Shown here piece by piece: positions 61,701 through 64,000 of a DNA stretch of 64,000 nt (the first letter of the stretch is position 1; the number at the start of each line of letters is the position of its first letter). The notes under the pieces were generated by a model that searched no databases, was not told the origin of the DNA, and saw nothing but the letters and a program-made list of their open reading frames with translations. Source of the stretch: Bacteroidia bacterium. GTDB taxonomy: Bacteria > Bacteroidota > Bacteroidia > 2-12-FULL-35-15. Made by a program: the position numbers and the translations under genes. The stretch is from assembly GCA_030654175.1 (NCBI GenBank), contig JAURXZ010000030.1, forward strand, positions 653,510 to 717,509, written 5' to 3'.

Positions 61701-62267
61701 CAAATCGCCAAGTCCACTGTTAGTGATCGTTATACACCGTGTATAGATGTCACCAATATTGGCGGTGTAAGACTGATTGGTAATGTTAGAAATGTTTAAA
61801 ACCGGTTGTTTTACAGAATATGTTAAAGTAGTATGGTTATCATAATTTTGGCTGTTATTAGCAGTGTAATCAACACGTATTTTATTTTCCACTACCCCTC
61901 CTCCCGCAATATATGCGATAATATCACAATTGGCAGATGCAGTAATTGTAATGCTTAAGGCTTGCGCCAAAGGAATAATAGAGGGCAATAAAAATACTGG
62001 TTTGTTCGGGGTGCTGGTGTTCAGTTCTGTCACTCCGGCACCTGTTACTGATCCTACCTGGTAAACCATCCCCGATGGCATTGTAAGCTTTAACGTATCA
62101 CTTGTAACGGTGAAGGGGGAGGGGTTATAGATGGTAATGGTAAAAACTTTGGCTGCCCCGCAAACGCTGATCTGAGAGGGTAAGTTACTGCCAATAGTAA
62201 TAATATTGCCCTGGCTATAGCACTGATAATAGACTAAAGAGAAAATAAAGAGTAAAAACTTTTTCAT
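55701..62267 (-). CDS. Giant (2188 aa) cell-surface adhesin-like protein with SprB repeats, PKD-like domain and T9SS type B C-terminal domain
   Basis: Signal peptide MKKFLLFIFSLVYYQCYS. At least five consecutive SprB-type repeats (ICKGESNGSAIATVTGSGTAPYTYVWNTTP..., TYTYLWSNGQTTNAITGLSSGTYSVTVSD...). C-terminal IPNAFTPNGDEINDSF...FDRWGNLIYQTDDIRKPWDGK. Confidence 0.85.
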   Translation of the reverse strand: MKKFLLFIFSLVYYQCYSQGNIITIGSNLPSQISVCGAAKVFTITIYNPSPFTVTSDTLKLTMPSGMVYQVGSVTGAGVTELNTSTPNKPVFLLPSIIPLAQALSITITASANCDIIAYIAGGGVVENKIRVDYTANNSQNYDNHTTLTYSVKQPVLNISNITNQSYTANIGDIYTRCITITNSGLGDLAQFTLTDIHGTGIQVNNINNGVWVNSGTTETITFNASHFSSVGNNNGLFEQGESIIICETVKVNNCFLVASDITAAWGCNNQVCQTSILGANVVFPNLIPNIEITPLNPDMNPCLGAGNASLQRLMIVNTGLGQATNIQLDIFQTNGSGYNSSVGSNIDESSFKLQIDSGPITSVTADSTEITDQLNCMAANSKGRVYLTIPALNAGDTAYLEWNTYSCCYNACAGTGQSYLNGWAYRGSYSNFCQSSYIISQGWGRVYSQLYGILSNNYSPSTLDSGQTGAFNFKFTSYGLQVPYPGDASGYWKFVFTLPPCLVNLVNPYVLSINGVDTWNPTSVTTSGNIITAIFNGMPPFDLNQAQVKIDLAVDCNGCSGGFGSVDIKVFYVPSVSCACEVAVSCQSAPVSILCATFIVIPVEPEVSVCPEGMMVRNYYFKRTSYGLPDNEPGGGNGVPDVSGNLNFSSIKTNRAMFGDTISEGYHGKVRTSTAHPFWVYCYINSSITNGNLLTYQDAKLTVFRGGVLVATCTNFTAGVTTTGTTRSFSYNLSVAGLISSGCMPNGFQYLNSDSLVFIPRYKVSTNTIGPIYTCETTNEFYLTDVANPPPGFNRYQCDGFFSQCFIMGYRFESHDDSYYTVKSCENITISQKYYLSIGPCCSNYNGGNLFPNEYRNWAHISNLTALIPLGYKFVSAQFTEDRTAGSGLSSTSAAIALTPLYADTALLVFPVENYFNGYGGTLPLSDDGFSGTLDVIIVPSCEVTPVVSQGIQYDWTFSPTGYLTGSGSYPLVVSATQDYVIYDAPSFFLQSILPSVNAPDSMATWDVTLSNPSNTSNTENSWISCPTISGVAIIDVFDVDNNVSIPATGDIYQLGTVNAATIRSFRVTANFTSCFQDSIIIYAGWNCSEGYPVNLSDYPCLPGKITLKETPLIPALDIAVTGPSGSVPLCDTSNYSVELVNFQAGTLYNVLLTTVLPVGVVIVPGSSKLSYPEYSPYSVIPDPVLLNGTTWQWDLSAINNLIGSNGLKGYLDSTLNLVKVTFKIITNCSYTSGNSIQFNIKGKAACGLPVNQDLIPPVQLVITGAEATYTTDVFLSTTYISPCAASSIMHVNAVNLGPGAIGATDSIVITLPYGVSYENSSFAGIHNAPANPNPVQTMLNGQLTLKWKMPAGMQAGDSVVFDFNYAGTPAAISCGISYFQASTLSIANVVCTSTGNACNINVINGFDTLAVFAYKAYLSLSDPSGYSVPNPPTGETATISFTINNTGEDILPVNDVVISYYFDANGNGVYNTGDVFIVNDTLNASIPENGSYSYSSDVFLPAGNSCSVIAVLDTSVNHCSCISDQLAITIPMTQIGIDTSVCSGQTITLGYPPITGYTYLWTASPGLSNLNSSEATFAALNNSGLPVTNNFEVTINRINCVSKDTVEVITNPNPLLSMSDPDTICKGESNGSAIATVTGSGTAPYTYVWNTTPTQLNDTATTLSGGTYSVIVTDANGCSATETVTIIEPALAITVAITAQVNLNCNAICNGTATVTASGGTPGYTYSWNTTPAQTTSAANGICAGNYTIVVTDAAGCDSSASLTITEPSALTASIAILSGTCNTGNNATATVTASGGTGAYTYLWSNGQTTNAITGLSSGTYSVTVSDSNSCVQTFSAVVTPAVAVTASATSTNICQGQSTTITASASGGTPGYSFLWNTSETTESITVSPMADSSYTVIVTDAIGCQDTVTLPITVRSSPVVDFQPDSIGCSPLCVNFQDLSTIATGINQQWFWDFGDGTLSNLTNPFHCFENNTVYSPVTYTVKLTVTSNDGCTTTLIKNDYITVNPIPVAAFNYSPQPATILSPLISFQNESLGATIWQWDLSIGLQDSISTLQHPYYTYTDTGQFDVTLIVNNIYSCADTIQKTILIGLDWVIYIPNAFTPNGDEINDSFPAKAYGIIDFEMLIFDRWGNLIYQTDDIRKPWDGKANHGNELAQSDVYVYVVKVTDFKMIKHKYRGIVTLVR

Positions 62268-62420
62268 CCTTTGCTATTTTGGCAAATTAAAATTACTGAA
62301 AACAATAGTTTTGAAAGGTAATAAAAAAGATGCTGTAAATTGGAAAATAGTTGCATTGGGAGGACAAGCTATATCAAAACGAAATATTGAGATATCAGTA
62401 TATCAAGAAAAGAAAGAAAT

Positions 62421-64000
62421 TCACCTCAACAATGTTACAATCCCTTTATAGAGGTATTCCTCTTTTTTAAAATCAACAACTCTTATCGAATAAACATATA
62501 CATCTTGTAGTGCAATTTCCGTCCCGCGTTTTATTTTTCCATCCCAGGCTTTGTTAATGTCATTGGAAATGAAAATCAGATTTCCCCAACGATCAAATAT
62601 CCTCATTTCAAATTCTTTTATAAAAACACCTTTGGCTGAGAAACTGTCATTTTTTTCATCTCCATTTGGTGTAAATGTATTTGGGATATAGAATTCAAAT
62701 TCCGGTTCAATAATGACAGTTTCATAGGCGGTATCTATACAATTGTAAGTAGTGGATGTAATTAACGTTATTGTATAGGTGCCTGCTTTTTGATAAGTAT
62801 GAGAACCGGGATCGGATAAGGCATAAGTTGTGCTATCTCCAAAATTCCAATTCCAAAAATCTGTTCCTATTGATAGGTCGTTAATTGAAATAACAGGATC
62901 GGTAATAGTTGTAGCCTGTGGTTGAGCTGTAAAATCTGCTATGGGATTTGGAAATACAGTGATAAAATTATTTTTAGATAGTGTGCCAACACAACCACTA
63001 TCAGAGGTTACTGTTAAAGTAACATTAAAAATGTTTGGAGAAGATACATTATCATTGGTATAACAATGATCAAAAATTTGAGAGTTATTTACAACACTGC
63101 CATCGCCTACATTCCAGTCCCACTGAACGTTACCTCCGGTTGCAATAAAAGACGAATCCTGAAAACCAACACATAAAAGTTCACATCCGGTTTTATTAAT
63201 TGCAGAAAAATTAACAAGGGGGGTAGGGTTAACAGTAATTGTTTTAGTTACAGAATCTCTGCACCCGAAATCAGAAACTGCCAATAATTGAACCGCATAA
63301 GAACCAACAGCAGCATACAGGTGTGTGGTGTTTTGGTTATTAATAACAGGACTGCCATCACCAAAACTCCATGCCAGATTTAAATTATTGCCGCTTGCAA
63401 TCATTGATGAATCGTTGAAATTCATAATTTGTGTCAAACACTTTCCGGTAAAGCTAAAATCAGCAAGCGGCAATGGCTGCACAGTTACAGTGGCTGTTCC
63501 GCTTTGTGTCGGAGAACAGTTCCCTGAACCAGCATCCTGCATACTTACCAAAGAATACAAATATATTCCCGAAACGCTTGTAGCAACATTAACTGTCGCA
63601 TTATTTCCCACACTGGTTACCGTTTGAGCTGTTCCGCCATTAACCATATACGTGAAGGTATAAGGCGCTGTTCCACCTGCCCCTGTAAAAGTAATGAATG
63701 GTGCTGTAGCATTCTTACATATTGCTGTTGTTCCTGTAATTGTTGCGGTTGGCAATGGATTTATGGTTATTGTTATCCCGGAGCTGCTTGCAGTTGCTGG
63801 ATTTGCACATGCATCGTTAGATGTTATTACACAGGAGACCACCTGTCCGTTAGTTAATGCTGCTGTTGTAAACGTTACACTGTTTGTTCCAACATTCGAT
63901 CCGTCCACCTGCCATTGGTAAGCAGGAATTGTTCCACCATTAACAGGTACAGCGGTAAAAGTGACGCTGGCACCGGGACAGATACCTCCGCTTGGTGATA
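62421..64000 (-). CDS. Fifth T9SS type B CTD / PKD-repeat protein; 5' end beyond the window
   Basis: C-terminal YIPNTFTPNGDEKNDSF...FDRWGNLIFISNDINKAWDGK with PKD-like units upstream. The reading frame stays open past the internal Met (63908) to the window edge. Confidence 0.7.
   Translation of the reverse strand, partial: SPSGGICPGASVTFTAVPVNGGTIPAYQWQVDGSNVGTNSVTFTTAALTNGQVVSCVITSNDACANPATASSSGITITINPLPTATITGTTAICKNATAPFITFTGAGGTAPYTFTYMVNGGTAQTVTSVGNNATVNVATSVSGIYLYSLVSMQDAGSGNCSPTQSGTATVTVQPLPLADFSFTGKCLTQIMNFNDSSMIASGNNLNLAWSFGDGSPVINNQNTTHLYAAVGSYAVQLLAVSDFGCRDSVTKTITVNPTPLVNFSAINKTGCELLCVGFQDSSFIATGGNVQWDWNVGDGSVVNNSQIFDHCYTNDNVSSPNIFNVTLTVTSDSGCVGTLSKNNFITVFPNPIADFTAQPQATTITDPVISINDLSIGTDFWNWNFGDSTTYALSDPGSHTYQKAGTYTITLITSTTYNCIDTAYETVIIEPEFEFYIPNTFTPNGDEKNDSFSAKGVFIKEFEMRIFDRWGNLIFISNDINKAWDGKIKRGTEIALQDVYVYSIRVVDFKKEEYLYKGIVTLLR

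Noticed and set aside
1-64000. tRNA, rRNA or tmRNA genes
   Set aside because: No T-loop (GTTCRANYC) or anticodon-stem contexts found in intergenic regions on inspection; cannot be fully excluded without tRNAscan or Infernal.

Overview
This 64-kb window is from a Bacteroidetes chromosome, probably Sphingobacteriia/Chitinophagia-like. The calls supporting that are T9SS type A and type B C-terminal sorting domains, SprB repeats and Bacteroidetes-type short repeats; GC content looks low but was not computed. Most of the window is ordinary housekeeping: pccB-like carboxyltransferase, S41 and M1 peptidases, purine nucleoside phosphorylase, lpxK, nrdB-nrdA, Crp/Fnr regulator, hemolysin-III, Na/Pi cotransporter, pyruvate carboxylase, aspartate kinase, fbp and pgk. 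Three regions are not ordinary.
(a) 1-14.8 kb: four paralogous TPR-transmembrane-PP2C (SpoIIE/RsbU-type) phosphatase genes bracket an ABM-domain gene and a 2102-aa alpha-2-macroglobulin thioester (CSEQ) protein.
(b) 45.9-64 kb: five co-oriented giant SprB-repeat/PKD adhesin-like genes, all sharing a near-identical T9SS type B C-terminal domain.
(c) 30.6-37.6 kb: an islet with an IS200-like HuH (RAYT-type) transposase and its REP-like foldback repeats, an orphan STAS-like protein, and tandemly duplicated tail-less ssb genes.
Several structured intergenic repeats were also found: a TGTGCTGAT-unit long inverted repeat between lpxK and a Cys-rich DUF3109-like gene, TTGCCTACTG copies upstream of lysC and downstream of fbp, and a TTGAC-N4-GTCAA Crp/Fnr-type palindrome. 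No rRNA, tRNA or CRISPR array was detected. No single undescribed system is demonstrated; the phosphatase/A2M cluster and the orphan STAS-like gene are the best candidates for an uncharacterised envelope signalling module. All calls rest on reading motifs and repeats by eye, with no searches run.
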